39,683 nt of DNA from a virus (lineage: Duplodnaviria > Heunggongvirae > Uroviricota > Caudoviricetes): IMG/VR virus record IMGVR_UViG_2886169441_000004; one strand, given 5' to 3'. Each line of letters starts with the position of its first letter. Within the stretch, counting starts at the first letter, position 1. Below the pieces are notes generated by a model that was not told where the DNA came from, made no database searches, and saw only the letters and a list, made by a program, of their open reading frames with translations. The position numbers and the translations under genes were made by a program. Of the stretch, positions 19,869-28,496 are shown in pieces.

Positions 19869-20188
19869 TCGTTCCTCTCCTTCACCCTGCGATCAAATAT
19901 TGCAATAACCTTGTCGCGTGCTTTCTCTGCGCCCATAAAACCGATTGAGGCACCAAAAAACGTCACTGCATCCTCAGGGATCCCGAAGAAGCGCAGCGAC
20001 CCGGCCACGGCCATGGCAAGAACGCCGCACGCCAGCGATCCCGTTACGGTCTGAACCAGTGTTCGTCCGTCATAAAGACTCATCAGCGCGGAAATGCTGA
20101 CCGCCGCGCCTACTGCATACACCGTTGGCAGGTGGTCAAAGAGCCACGCAATAACCTGCTCTGTGATCCCTGTTTGAATGGTGCTCAC
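19865..20188 (-). CDS. holin, lambda S-like
   Basis: Start placed at GTG 20188 with GGGGGAG upstream (MSTIQTG...); about 108 aa with several hydrophobic helices and a charged C-terminus. Confidence 0.7.
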   Translation of the reverse strand: MSTIQTGITEQVIAWLFDHLPTVYAVGAAVSISALMSLYDGRTLVQTVTGSLACGVLAMAVAGSLRFFGIPEDAVTFFGASIGFMGAEKARDKVIAIFDRRVKERNE

Positions 20189-20190
20189 TG

Positions 20191-20391
20191 CTACTCCCCC
20201 CACAACTGAATCATTTCTCGTTTCTTCTTCTCCGGCTCCGGCATCTCCACTTCCTGCCCGGCGTCCAGAAATACCTGCTGACAGAGTCCGGGGTTGGCAT
20301 CCAGCACCTTTTCGGTGACGCCCTGTGTCGTGCCGTAGTACCGGAAACAGAGCGAATCCACGGTGTCGCCTTCCAGTGCCTTCACTTTCAT
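20191..20391 (-). CDS. X: tail protein X
   Basis: About 66 aa (MKVKALEGDTVDSLCFRYYG...) resembling P2 gpX; ATG overlaps the L stop. Confidence 0.8.
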   Translation of the reverse strand: MKVKALEGDTVDSLCFRYYGTTQGVTEKVLDANPGLCQQVFLDAGQEVEMPEPEKKKREMIQLWGE

Positions 20392-20885
20392 CAGCACAGC
20401 TCCGCAAACATTCGCGGTCGTCCCAGAATGTCAGAGATGGCCCAGCTCACATCGCGCCACAAATCCGATGTCTGTATATCCAGTGCGTCCGCCCGGCGGT
20501 CGCCCTTGTCCGTTGTGTCCGCATCGCGGTAACGCTCCAGAATCAGGGCGCGTGTGGCGGTATAAACAGCATTGCGCCAGTGCCAGAGATTGACGCTTTC
20601 TCCGTTAATTACAGGGGCCGGAACATCGGCCAGCGTCTGATAGCCAGCCGCCTGTTGTTCCTGCTGCCATGCTTCCAGCTCGCGGGTAACGTGTGCTATG
20701 GCCCCGGTGGCGGTATGCAGCAGGCGGGAGGTGGTCACGCGGCCCGGCAGTCGTACCGCCAGACGCAGCTCGCGCAGCACAATATCCGGCCAGAATGCAC
20801 CCGCTGAAATACGGGTATCGCCATCATCGGTGTCGGTGATGTCGTCCTCTGCGGGGCCGGGGTTAGTTCTGGCAACCATACTCAT
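20391..20885 (-). CDS. L: head completion/stabilisation protein L
   Basis: Assigned by position after M and recalled similarity to P2 gpL; start placed at ATG 20885 with AGGAG upstream. Confidence 0.83.
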   Translation of the reverse strand: MSMVARTNPGPAEDDITDTDDGDTRISAGAFWPDIVLRELRLAVRLPGRVTTSRLLHTATGAIAHVTRELEAWQQEQQAAGYQTLADVPAPVINGESVNLWHWRNAVYTATRALILERYRDADTTDKGDRRADALDIQTSDLWRDVSWAISDILGRPRMFAELC

Positions 20886-20986
20886 GGGGTTCACTCCTGA
20901 AAAAATCGGGCGGTGGGTGCGCGGTGTAAACGGTCACGGAGTCAAACCGGAACACCGCGCACGCCGCCCGCTGACGGGGTCAGTCG

Positions 20987-21787
20987 TTAACCGCGCTTTG
21001 CCTTCTGCGTCGCGGTGGTTTTTCGTGTTGCAGGCTTCCGCGTTGTCTTTTTACTTTTGCTGCTTTCGTCCTGCGCCTGCTGTGCGCTGGCGTCTTCTGG
21101 TTCGGCTGCGGAATCGGCTTTTTTCAGGGCGCGGGAAAGGGTTGCAATCTCGCGTTTCACACCTGCGTTCGGGTTCAGGTGCATCGCTTCGCGCAGCAGC
21201 TTCAGTGATGAGGCCATGTTGTCTGCATCGGTCAGGCCACGACGGGCAAAGGCACACGCCTTGCATAATTTGGCGCGCACTTCGTCCGGCATGTCCTGGT
21301 TGGCGATAATTTCCCAAAGTGTGTCCAGTGGTTCGATAAAGGCGGATAAATCCGCGTCGGCATCCGTCCCAGCCTGCGTCAGTACCGGGTTGCAGATTTC
21401 TTCGGTCAGTACCGTGGCAGCAGTACGGCCAAAGTTATCCGGCATGATGAGGTTGTGACGGACCACATATGCACCAATACGCAGCGCCAGCGGAAGATCG
21501 CCGCAGTCAATCGCCCACACCATCAGCGTGGCAATTACTTCGTCCTGTTGCCCGCCGTCAGCCTCCAGCGTTCCCTCAATCCAGCCGGAAAAGTCCGGCA
21601 ACAACTCTTTTTTGATGGCGGCTTTCGCGCTTCTGGCCTGTATGGCCTTTAGCCTGGCCTGTGCCAGACGCAGACGATACAGCACCTCTTCATGCGCGGT
21701 ACACGCGGCGTGGTCCACACCTTCATTCGCCCGGCCTGCGCGCTGTGCCATCACGTTCTGCCAGTGTTGTTGTGCAGGAGTAATCAT
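20987..21787 (-). CDS. M: terminase endonuclease (small) subunit M
   Basis: 266 aa with a basic Lys/Thr/Arg-rich C-terminus; assigned by position and recalled similarity to P2 gpM. Confidence 0.87.
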   Translation of the reverse strand: MITPAQQHWQNVMAQRAGRANEGVDHAACTAHEEVLYRLRLAQARLKAIQARSAKAAIKKELLPDFSGWIEGTLEADGGQQDEVIATLMVWAIDCGDLPLALRIGAYVVRHNLIMPDNFGRTAATVLTEEICNPVLTQAGTDADADLSAFIEPLDTLWEIIANQDMPDEVRAKLCKACAFARRGLTDADNMASSLKLLREAMHLNPNAGVKREIATLSRALKKADSAAEPEDASAQQAQDESSKSKKTTRKPATRKTTATQKAKRG

Positions 21788-21806
21788 TTTTTCTCTCCGT
21801 TACAGG

Positions 21807-21825
21807 CGGGCATGATGCCCGCCGT
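21807..21825 (-). terminator. hairpin GGCGGGCAT-ATGCCCGCC between N and M (partial terminator or attenuator)
   Basis: Perfect 9-bp-arm palindrome directly after the major capsid gene stop. Confidence 0.45.
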
Positions 21826-21832
21826 GAGTTGA

Positions 21833-22885
21833 TTAGCTGTCGGCGAACTTCAGGCCAGTGACCATCGCGCACTTGCCATAGTCTTCAACGACATAAGCGT
21901 CATTGATGGACTGGTAGGTGGCGATGCGGTTGTATTCCGGCTCGTCTTTCATCAGGCGACGCATTGAACCTTTCTGCCAGTAAATCGACAGGTTGTTGAA
22001 CGAGGTGATAAGCATCGTTGCATCCGGGAAGAACGGCGCAAGGAACACGCCCAGCCCGCCAATGGTGCGCGATGACAGGATGAGCTGCCCGGCAAGTAAT
22101 TCCGCATTGGGATTCTGGCCGCTGATGCTGTTCAGCACGGGCAGACGCAGCGAGTTAAACAGGTTGCGCCCCATAATCACCGCGAGGTCGTCAGCTTCCT
22201 TGTGCCATTCATCCAGCAGGGATGAGCGCGCATCCTGTACCAGAGCATCGGCATTCGCATACTTACCCGCGTGCGCCACAGTGTTGTCCATGTTGCGGGA
22301 GGTCAGCGTCACGTCATTCATTACGCGCTCGCTGGCATCGGTTCTGATGTGCTCCAGCCAGCCCACGTTAACGTCCTGAAGCAGCTTGTTGGTGTGAAAA
22401 TCAGACTCGTAGGCGTGGGATGTGCCGTTAAAGCCAATCATGATGCGATCAAGCGCTACCTGCCGGGCGATCTGTGTACTGATACGGGACTGAAAATCGC
22501 TGTGGGCCGCCCAGGTATCAAGCTGTGGGTACGAAATAAAGGTATCGTAGTTCACCTGTTCGCACTGGTACTGACGAGACTTCATATCGATCACGTTATT
22601 CGGGTTACGGCGTTTGATGCCGTCATAACTGCTATTCGTGCGCGCAATTGGCCCGGTGGTGTCCAGGAGGATTTTTTCGCCTTTCTGGTCGGTCACGCCG
22701 ATCACGTTAATTCTTTTCGTAAATTCGGTACTTTCCTTTGAGGCGTTTTCAAAACGCTGCTGCACCGCGGGTTCCACGGTAAATCGCGATACCAGTGCAG
22801 ATACCGGGATATTGTTAAGCGACGCCTGCTGCGCCATATAGCAACCCAGCTTGTTGCGGGTAATATCTGACATCACCAGATTCAT
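21833..22885 (-). CDS. N: major capsid protein N
   Basis: 350 aa; conserved blocks shared with P2 gpN (RFTVEP, KGEKI, MIGFNG, YVVEDYG); AAGGAG Shine-Dalgarno. Confidence 0.92.
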   Translation of the reverse strand: MNLVMSDITRNKLGCYMAQQASLNNIPVSALVSRFTVEPAVQQRFENASKESTEFTKRINVIGVTDQKGEKILLDTTGPIARTNSSYDGIKRRNPNNVIDMKSRQYQCEQVNYDTFISYPQLDTWAAHSDFQSRISTQIARQVALDRIMIGFNGTSHAYESDFHTNKLLQDVNVGWLEHIRTDASERVMNDVTLTSRNMDNTVAHAGKYANADALVQDARSSLLDEWHKEADDLAVIMGRNLFNSLRLPVLNSISGQNPNAELLAGQLILSSRTIGGLGVFLAPFFPDATMLITSFNNLSIYWQKGSMRRLMKDEPEYNRIATYQSINDAYVVEDYGKCAMVTGLKFADS

Positions 22886-22908
22886 AAAAAATTTGCTCCT
22901 TTGTCTTA

Positions 22909-23745
22909 TCAGAAGTCAGCCAGCTGGTCGGAGGCTGCGCCCGTTGCGGTGAAGCGGTTCTGCGGATCGCCGTCCTGCGTGCGCAGTTTTTCCTTCAATG
23001 CTGTCAGCTCTGTGGTCAGTGACGTGATTTTCTGGCGGTCCTGCTGATGGCGGGTTTCCAGCACATTAAAACGGTCGATAATGTCGGCCTGTGACGTTGC
23101 AACGCCTTCCACCGCTTCCTGAATTCGGGAGAAACTGGCGTCATCCGCTTTGCGGCCACGACCAATAATCCCCATTACGCGGTTAAACCACTGGGTGCCT
23201 TCTTCCTGGCGTTGTTCTGCCATTTCGATGATTTCAGACTCGATGGCTTCGGAGATAAGCGGTGCTTCACCCTGGATACTGTTGAACGTCATCACCGCCT
23301 GACGTTGCTGTGCCGTGAATTTCAGGCGCTCAGTGCCCAGGCTTGCCGGGGTGTCGGTCATCGCCAGCCCGACCAGATAGGCGCGCCCGTTAACGGAGAA
23401 CTGCGGGTGCAGTTCGATACTGGAATAGATTTTCTTGCCGTCAGCGACAAGCTGCTTCATGCGCTCGGTCGGTTCGATTTCTGCATACAGCGCAGTACGT
23501 CCGGCCAGCGGACCTTCCGTAATGTCTTCCGTACTCAGTGCGGTGACATCGCCCATTGCGGAAAATTCGCTTGACGGACATGGCGAGAGATAGTGCTCAA
23601 CGTTCACGCGGGCAGCGTAAACATCCGGGTTGAAGTTCTCGGCGGCTTCACGCAGATGCACCGGACTGATTTCACGGCCATCAACAGTTGATCCGGAGAC
23701 AGCCACGCGAAACTTTTTGCGGGATGTCTTTTTTTCATTAGCCAT
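22909..23745 (-). CDS. O: capsid scaffolding protein O
   Basis: Similar to P2 gpO; start placed at ATG 23745 (MANEKKTSRKKFRVAV) with GAGGGG upstream; the track ORF extends to 23778. Confidence 0.88.
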   Translation of the reverse strand: MANEKKTSRKKFRVAVSGSTVDGREISPVHLREAAENFNPDVYAARVNVEHYLSPCPSSEFSAMGDVTALSTEDITEGPLAGRTALYAEIEPTERMKQLVADGKKIYSSIELHPQFSVNGRAYLVGLAMTDTPASLGTERLKFTAQQRQAVMTFNSIQGEAPLISEAIESEIIEMAEQRQEEGTQWFNRVMGIIGRGRKADDASFSRIQEAVEGVATSQADIIDRFNVLETRHQQDRQKITSLTTELTALKEKLRTQDGDPQNRFTATGAASDQLADF

Positions 23746-23813
23746 AGTTTTTGCCCCTCTGACTGGTTCTTCAGTCATGATGGCAAAGCGTAACAGGCTG
23801 ATACAAAGGGCTT

Positions 23814-23837
23814 TTGTTGTAAGAAAACAGTCAGAAC
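23814..23837. promoter_or_regulatory. candidate Ogr-responsive dyad (TGTTGT-N12-AGAACA) in the O/P divergent late promoter region
   Basis: Imperfect dyad centred about 55 bp from plausible transcription starts of both the P and O operons; same pattern as upstream of FI. Confidence 0.4.
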
Positions 23838-23899
23838 AGAGGGTTAAGGAGAACAGTTTCGCGCGCGGGTAATCTTCCTGTAATTACTCAGGGGGAGCA

Positions 23900-25651
23900 A
23901 TGATTCAGGACGCTTTTGTGCGCCAGCGTGCGCGGCAACTTTACTGGCAGGGTTATCCGCCCGCAGAAATATCACGTCTGATGGGAATAAACCCGAACAC
24001 GATTTATGCGTGGAAAAAACGTGACCAGTGGGATGAAACGCCACCCGTGCAGCGTGTCACGCAGTCCATCGATGCGCGCCTCATCCAGCTTACTGAAAAA
24101 CAGAATAAAACAGGCGGTGACTTTAAGGAAATAGACCTGCTGACCCGGCAGCTTAAAAAGCTGCATGATGGCCAGCCGGATGTGATGGCCGCAGGAAAGA
24201 AAGGCCGGGCGAAAAAACTCAAAAATCATTTCACGCCGGAACAGATTGCCGCACTGCGGGAAAAAATCATCAGCAGGCTGGAGTGGCATCAGCGGGGCTG
24301 GTTTGACTCCCTGACCCTTTGCAGGGAAGCCGGGATACGTAACAGGATGATCCTGAAATCCCGACAGATTGGGGCGACCTGGTATTTTGCACAGGAAGCA
24401 CTGCTGATGGCGCTGCGTGACGATGTGGCGCAACCTTACCAGCGTAACCAGATTTTTTTGTCTGCGTCGCGTCGTCAGGCGTTCCAGTTTAAAAGCATTA
24501 TTCAGAAGGCCGCGGCTGAAGTTGATGTGGAGCTGAAAGGGGGCGATAAAATCATCCTCTCCAACGGCGCAGAGCTGCATTTTCTCGGCACTTCTGCTGC
24601 GTCGGCACAGTCCTATACGGGCAATTTTTATTTTGATGAATTTTTCTGGGTCAGTCGCTTTGCTGAACTGCGCAAGGTGGCTGGCGCTATGGCAACCCTC
24701 AGCGGACTGCGGCGCACCTACTTCTCCACGCCATCCACCGAAACGCACGAGGCATACGCCTACTGGAACGGCGACCGCTGGAACGAGAAAAAGGCCTCGC
24801 ATAAACGCCAGCGTTTTTCTGTGGACTGGAAAACGCTGCATAATGGGCTTATCTGCCCTGACCGGACGTGGCGGCAAATTGTCACGCTGGAAGATGTGGT
24901 TAATCACGGCTGGAAACACACCGATATCGACGAAATTCGTGATGAAAACACCGAAGACGAGTTCCTCAATCTCTATATGTGTGAGTTTGTCCGCGAAGGG
25001 GAATCGGCATTTAACCTGAATATCCTGATTGGCTGCGGTGTTGACGGATACGACGACTGGAAAGACTGGAAACCTTTTGCTCCCCGCCCGATGGGGAATC
25101 GTCCGGTATGGATTGGGTATGACGCAAACGGCAGTAGTGGCAACGGCGACAGCGGCGCTGTGTCCGTGGTGGTTCCTCCGGCTGTTCCTGGCGGCCGTTT
25201 TCGAACGGTGGAGACGCGACGCGTTCAGGGGCTGGAGTTTGAAGAACAGGCCAGAGTCATTGAAGAGTTCACGTGTCGCTACAACGTGGAACACATCGGC
25301 ATTGATGTGACGGGCGGGAACGGGGAGGCTGTTTATCAGATAGTGAAGCGGTTTTTCCCTGCTGCTATTCCGTACACCTTCACGCTGTCATCAAAACGGT
25401 CGCTGGTACTGAAAATGCTGCAAATAATGCGTGCCGGGCGGTGGGAATACGATCGCGCCGAACGCGAGCTGGTCGCGGCCTTTAACGCCGTGCGTAAGGT
25501 GAAAACACCGGGCGGCTTTATCACTTACGAAACGGACCGCGCGAGGGGGATCAGCCACGGCGACCTTGCGTGGGCAACCATGCTTGCTGTCATTAACGAA
25601 CCAATTGGCGGCGAAGGAGAAAACGAGCGTTTCATGGTTATGGAGTTCTGA
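23900..25651 (+). CDS. P: terminase ATPase (large) subunit P
   Basis: 583 aa; assigned by recalled similarity to P2 gpP and divergent position from O; GGGGGAG Shine-Dalgarno. Confidence 0.94.
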   Translation: MIQDAFVRQRARQLYWQGYPPAEISRLMGINPNTIYAWKKRDQWDETPPVQRVTQSIDARLIQLTEKQNKTGGDFKEIDLLTRQLKKLHDGQPDVMAAGKKGRAKKLKNHFTPEQIAALREKIISRLEWHQRGWFDSLTLCREAGIRNRMILKSRQIGATWYFAQEALLMALRDDVAQPYQRNQIFLSASRRQAFQFKSIIQKAAAEVDVELKGGDKIILSNGAELHFLGTSAASAQSYTGNFYFDEFFWVSRFAELRKVAGAMATLSGLRRTYFSTPSTETHEAYAYWNGDRWNEKKASHKRQRFSVDWKTLHNGLICPDRTWRQIVTLEDVVNHGWKHTDIDEIRDENTEDEFLNLYMCEFVREGESAFNLNILIGCGVDGYDDWKDWKPFAPRPMGNRPVWIGYDANGSSGNGDSGAVSVVVPPAVPGGRFRTVETRRVQGLEFEEQARVIEEFTCRYNVEHIGIDVTGGNGEAVYQIVKRFFPAAIPYTFTLSSKRSLVLKMLQIMRAGRWEYDRAERELVAAFNAVRKVKTPGGFITYETDRARGISHGDLAWATMLAVINEPIGGEGENERFMVMEF

Positions 25652-26697
25652 TGAGCAGAAAAAATAAAAAAGTGCGCATGAGTTCACGCATTGATCTCGC
25701 TGATGCGCTCAGGAAAGAATCATCGCTCAGTGCATTCACATTTGATGGTCCTTATCGCCTGACCGGGCATGACCTGCTGGACAATATGTACTGTGCTGAT
25801 AACGGGCGGTGGTATGAAACCCCGGTGGACTGGTACGGTCTGGCAAGAGCAGCCCGGCAAACGTCCTGGCATCAGTCTGCGCTTTACTTTAAGCGCAATG
25901 TATTACTCGGTTGCTACATCCCGCACCCGCTGCTTTCCCGGCAGGATTTCTCGGCGCTGGCGCTGGACTGGTTTGTGTTCGGTAACGCATTCCTTGAGCT
26001 TCGAAGCAATATGCTCGGCGAACCGCTTAAATTACGGCACGCCCTGGCGAAATACATGCGACGCGGAAGCGATCTTGAATCATGGTGGTATGTGCAGGAT
26101 GGCAAGGACGCGTTTCAGTTTCGTCCTGGCAAAGTGTGCCACCTGATGAATCCGGATATTAACCAGGAAATCTACGGCATGCCGGAATATCTTGGCGCAT
26201 TACTCTCGGCCAGCCTTTCTCATTCGGCGGACATGTTCAGAAAACTGTACTACGACAACGGATCCCACGCCGGGTGCATCATCTACATCGGTGCAGCGCA
26301 GGTAAACCGCGAAAGCATGGACTCCCTGAAAGAAACGCTACAGGGGGCACGTGGTGGTGGTGCGTTTAAAAACGTGCTCATTCATGCGCCCAACGGGGGC
26401 AAAGAGGGGGTGCAAATTTTGCCGTTCCAGCAGATCACCGCAAAAGATGAATTCATGAATGTTAAGGCGGCATCCCGTGATGATGTGCTGGCTGCGCACC
26501 GCGTTCCGCCGCAACTGATGGGGGCGATGCCGGGCGAAAAAAGTGCGTTTGGCGATGTGGAGAAGGCAGCGCGGGTTTACGCAATTAACGAGCTGATGCC
26601 CGTTATGGAGGCTATGAAGCACATCAATGACTGGCTTGGCGAAGAGGTGATCCGTTTTAACTCTTATGCTCTTCTTGATGAAAAAACAGCCCCGTGA
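25651..26697 (+). CDS. Q: portal (capsid vertex) protein Q
   Basis: 348 aa; start overlaps the P stop (ATGA); assigned by recalled similarity to P2 gpQ. Confidence 0.93.
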   Translation: MSRKNKKVRMSSRIDLADALRKESSLSAFTFDGPYRLTGHDLLDNMYCADNGRWYETPVDWYGLARAARQTSWHQSALYFKRNVLLGCYIPHPLLSRQDFSALALDWFVFGNAFLELRSNMLGEPLKLRHALAKYMRRGSDLESWWYVQDGKDAFQFRPGKVCHLMNPDINQEIYGMPEYLGALLSASLSHSADMFRKLYYDNGSHAGCIIYIGAAQVNRESMDSLKETLQGARGGGAFKNVLIHAPNGGKEGVQILPFQQITAKDEFMNVKAASRDDVLAAHRVPPQLMGAMPGEKSAFGDVEKAARVYAINELMPVMEAMKHINDWLGEEVIRFNSYALLDEKTAP

Positions 26698-26714
26698 TGG
26701 GGCTGTCCTTTTTA
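26681..26714. terminator. bidirectional rho-independent terminator after Q
   Basis: Stem CAGCCCC / GGGGCTG with loop GTGAT, flanked by an A-run upstream and T-run downstream; also lies after the stop of the convergent gene 26712..27236. Confidence 0.65.
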
Positions 26715-27236
26715 CCAGAGTTGAACCATTTTCTGGGTGCCGTCAGGCTTGAGATTATCAATTTCAGAGAGAACGTAATATTGAATGGCTTCACAAACGG
26801 TGGTGTAGGGTGAATTACCTTCTTTAAGTGGCACGATATTATTATTAACGCGAACCTGTATTTCATCGTTATACATTGCGATCGAAACAGGAGTGTGCAC
26901 GAACGCGACTTCGCCAGGTGTGTCGTCAACCACCGTTTCAATACTAAAAGTCAGTTTTCGCTCATCATTGCTGCCCCGTGCTTTGGGGGTAGCGGCAGGG
27001 ATCTGGGATAAAGGCATTCTGCGAAATCCTTCGGCTGCTTCCAGTCCGCATGAAACGTAATGCTGGCGATTACCGTCGCTATCTGTCCAGGTCTGTGATG
27101 GCAGCTCCAGCGAGATTTCATAAGCATCAACAATGCCCTGGGCAAGGCGTACAAGCGGGGTCAGATCTTCATTGCGGCGAAAGCTCTCCTTTACCTGCTC
27201 CCGTTTTTCTCTTAACTGCTTGTAATTAATGACCAT
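26712..27236 (-). CDS. hypothetical cargo protein, about 174 aa, no recognisable domain
   Basis: ORF 26712..27275; start placed at ATG 27236 (MVINYKQLREK...) with GGAGG at 7 nt spacing; convergent with the portal gene. Confidence 0.6.
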   Translation of the reverse strand: MVINYKQLREKREQVKESFRRNEDLTPLVRLAQGIVDAYEISLELPSQTWTDSDGNRQHYVSCGLEAAEGFRRMPLSQIPAATPKARGSNDERKLTFSIETVVDDTPGEVAFVHTPVSIAMYNDEIQVRVNNNIVPLKEGNSPYTTVCEAIQYYVLSEIDNLKPDGTQKMVQLW

Positions 27237-27336
27237 AAGACAGCCTCCATTGATTTCTTTGCTCGTATTTTGCACTTATGAAGTATGGTCGGCAAGGTGC
27301 CGTATCGCTGACGCGCTTCGCTTGTCTGCTGCTTCG

Positions 27337-27363
27337 CCGGGGCATAAAAAATTTATGCCCCGG
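27337..27363. other. perfect 27-bp palindrome CCGGGGCATAAA-AAA-TTTATGCCCCGG
   Basis: 12-bp arms read from sequence; upstream of the 26712..27236 gene in the non-coding region between the head genes and the cargo operon. Confidence 0.5.
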
Positions 27364-27735
27364 CTCTCCAGCTCCTGTATCAATCAGATAATTTCACGAC
27401 GCCTTCCAGTTTATCGCCACCATCGACGGTCAGACTCTTACGCAATTCCACCGCGTTGACTGCATGTTCTCGCTGCCTCAGTGCGATTTTGACGGCCTTA
27501 CCTTTCACCCCATCAAATCAAAAGCCCTCACGCCTTTTTCATGCTCAGCGTGAGAAATATGGCCATTCTGTTGTGTCTCTGCGACATCGTTCAGGGAATG
27601 CTATTTACCCCCTGAAACGCGGGCTGTTCCCCCGTCACCTGCGCGCAGAAAAAGCGCGTTTTTTTGTGCACGCACGGATCCTTGACGGATCCAGCCGCCA
27701 TGCGGGCCGGAAGGGTAAAAAGTCGTTCAAAAAAA

Positions 27736-27762
27736 TTGTGCAAATTTGTGCACTTTTGTGCA
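27736..27762 (+). promoter_or_regulatory. three TTGTGCA direct repeats at exact 10-bp phasing (candidate operator overlapping a promoter)
   Basis: Repeats at 27736, 27746 and 27756, followed by a TATATT -10-like hexamer at 27777..27782; a fourth TTGTGCA copy at 27664. Confidence 0.4.
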
Positions 27763-27862
27763 GGTAAGCATGCCTATATATTTGACCGTGGCTTGCCTTT
27801 GATGTAGTTTATACGTCACAAAAACCACAAAACGTGGTTATGATTTCTATGAGGGGGTTGAT

Positions 27863-27898
27863 ATGAAAAAAATGTATGATGAATTTGATGGTTTCTAA
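27863..27898 (+). CDS. candidate 11-aa leader peptide (MKKMYDEFDGF)
   Basis: Short ORF with GAGGGGG Shine-Dalgarno at about 5 nt spacing, immediately upstream of a terminator hairpin and the cargo operon. Confidence 0.3.
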   Translation: MKKMYDEFDGF

Positions 27899-27918
27899 GC
27901 TACGTTGACCTCTAATGA

Positions 27919-27946
27919 GGCGGGGATTTGCTCCCCGCCTTTTTTA
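27919..27946 (+). terminator. intrinsic terminator/attenuator hairpin 14 nt upstream of the cargo operon start
   Basis: Stem GGCGGGGA / TCCCCGCC with loop TTTGC, followed by seven T residues. Confidence 0.6.
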
Positions 27947-27959
27947 TGGATGAAATAGG

Positions 27960-28457
27960 ATGAACCCAATAACACTACAAATCATCAGCAATGCTATTGT
28001 TCTGCTTGGCGTTTTGGTTGCCATTGGAACCATTATCTACAATGTGCGTACCGCAAAAAAAACTCAAACGGCCAACTTTCTTTTTGAGAGTCGGCAAGAT
28101 ATGCAATATATAGAGTCATTGCATACCCTGAAACAAGTGCATCGTTCAGGCAAATCATTTCGTTCTTATGTTTTTCCTTGTGATGGTTGCATAATAACAG
28201 ATGAAGAAATGGCCGAGCGTCGAAAATTTCAATATATTTTAAATTTTTACGAGCGAGTTGCTGTAAGTATTCGTGAAGGTATTTATGATGAAAAAATGAT
28301 AAAAAGAACATCTTACACAACAGTTGTAGAGACATATGATATTGCCGAGCCATTAATTAAAGCAATCAGAGAAAGCATTAATTCGGATACTACATATCAA
28401 GAATTCGAATGGTTAGTAAGAAGATGGAAAGCTAATCCTTTACGGAAAAACAAATAA
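27960..28457 (+). CDS. cargo protein 1: 165 aa, N-terminal transmembrane helix plus soluble domain, unknown function
   Basis: Markedly AT-rich ORF; N-terminal hydrophobic stretch ITLQIISNAIVLLGVLVAIGTIIY; no similarity to P2 core genes. Confidence 0.7.
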   Translation: MNPITLQIISNAIVLLGVLVAIGTIIYNVRTAKKTQTANFLFESRQDMQYIESLHTLKQVHRSGKSFRSYVFPCDGCIITDEEMAERRKFQYILNFYERVAVSIREGIYDEKMIKRTSYTTVVETYDIAEPLIKAIRESINSDTTYQEFEWLVRRWKANPLRKNK

Positions 28458-28496
28458 TGTTTTACCCTTTAATTTACAAGTAACACAGGGGGAAGT

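Noticed and set aside
23972-25294. 440-aa minus-strand ORF overlapping terminase P
   Set aside because: Antisense to the terminase large subunit gene; no independent ribosome-binding site or protein-like features.
27915-27940. Possible P2 cos site (GAGGCGGGGA)
   Set aside because: Only about 10 of 19 positions match the P2 cohesive end as I recall it, and the sequence is better explained as the terminator hairpin; cos not confidently located.
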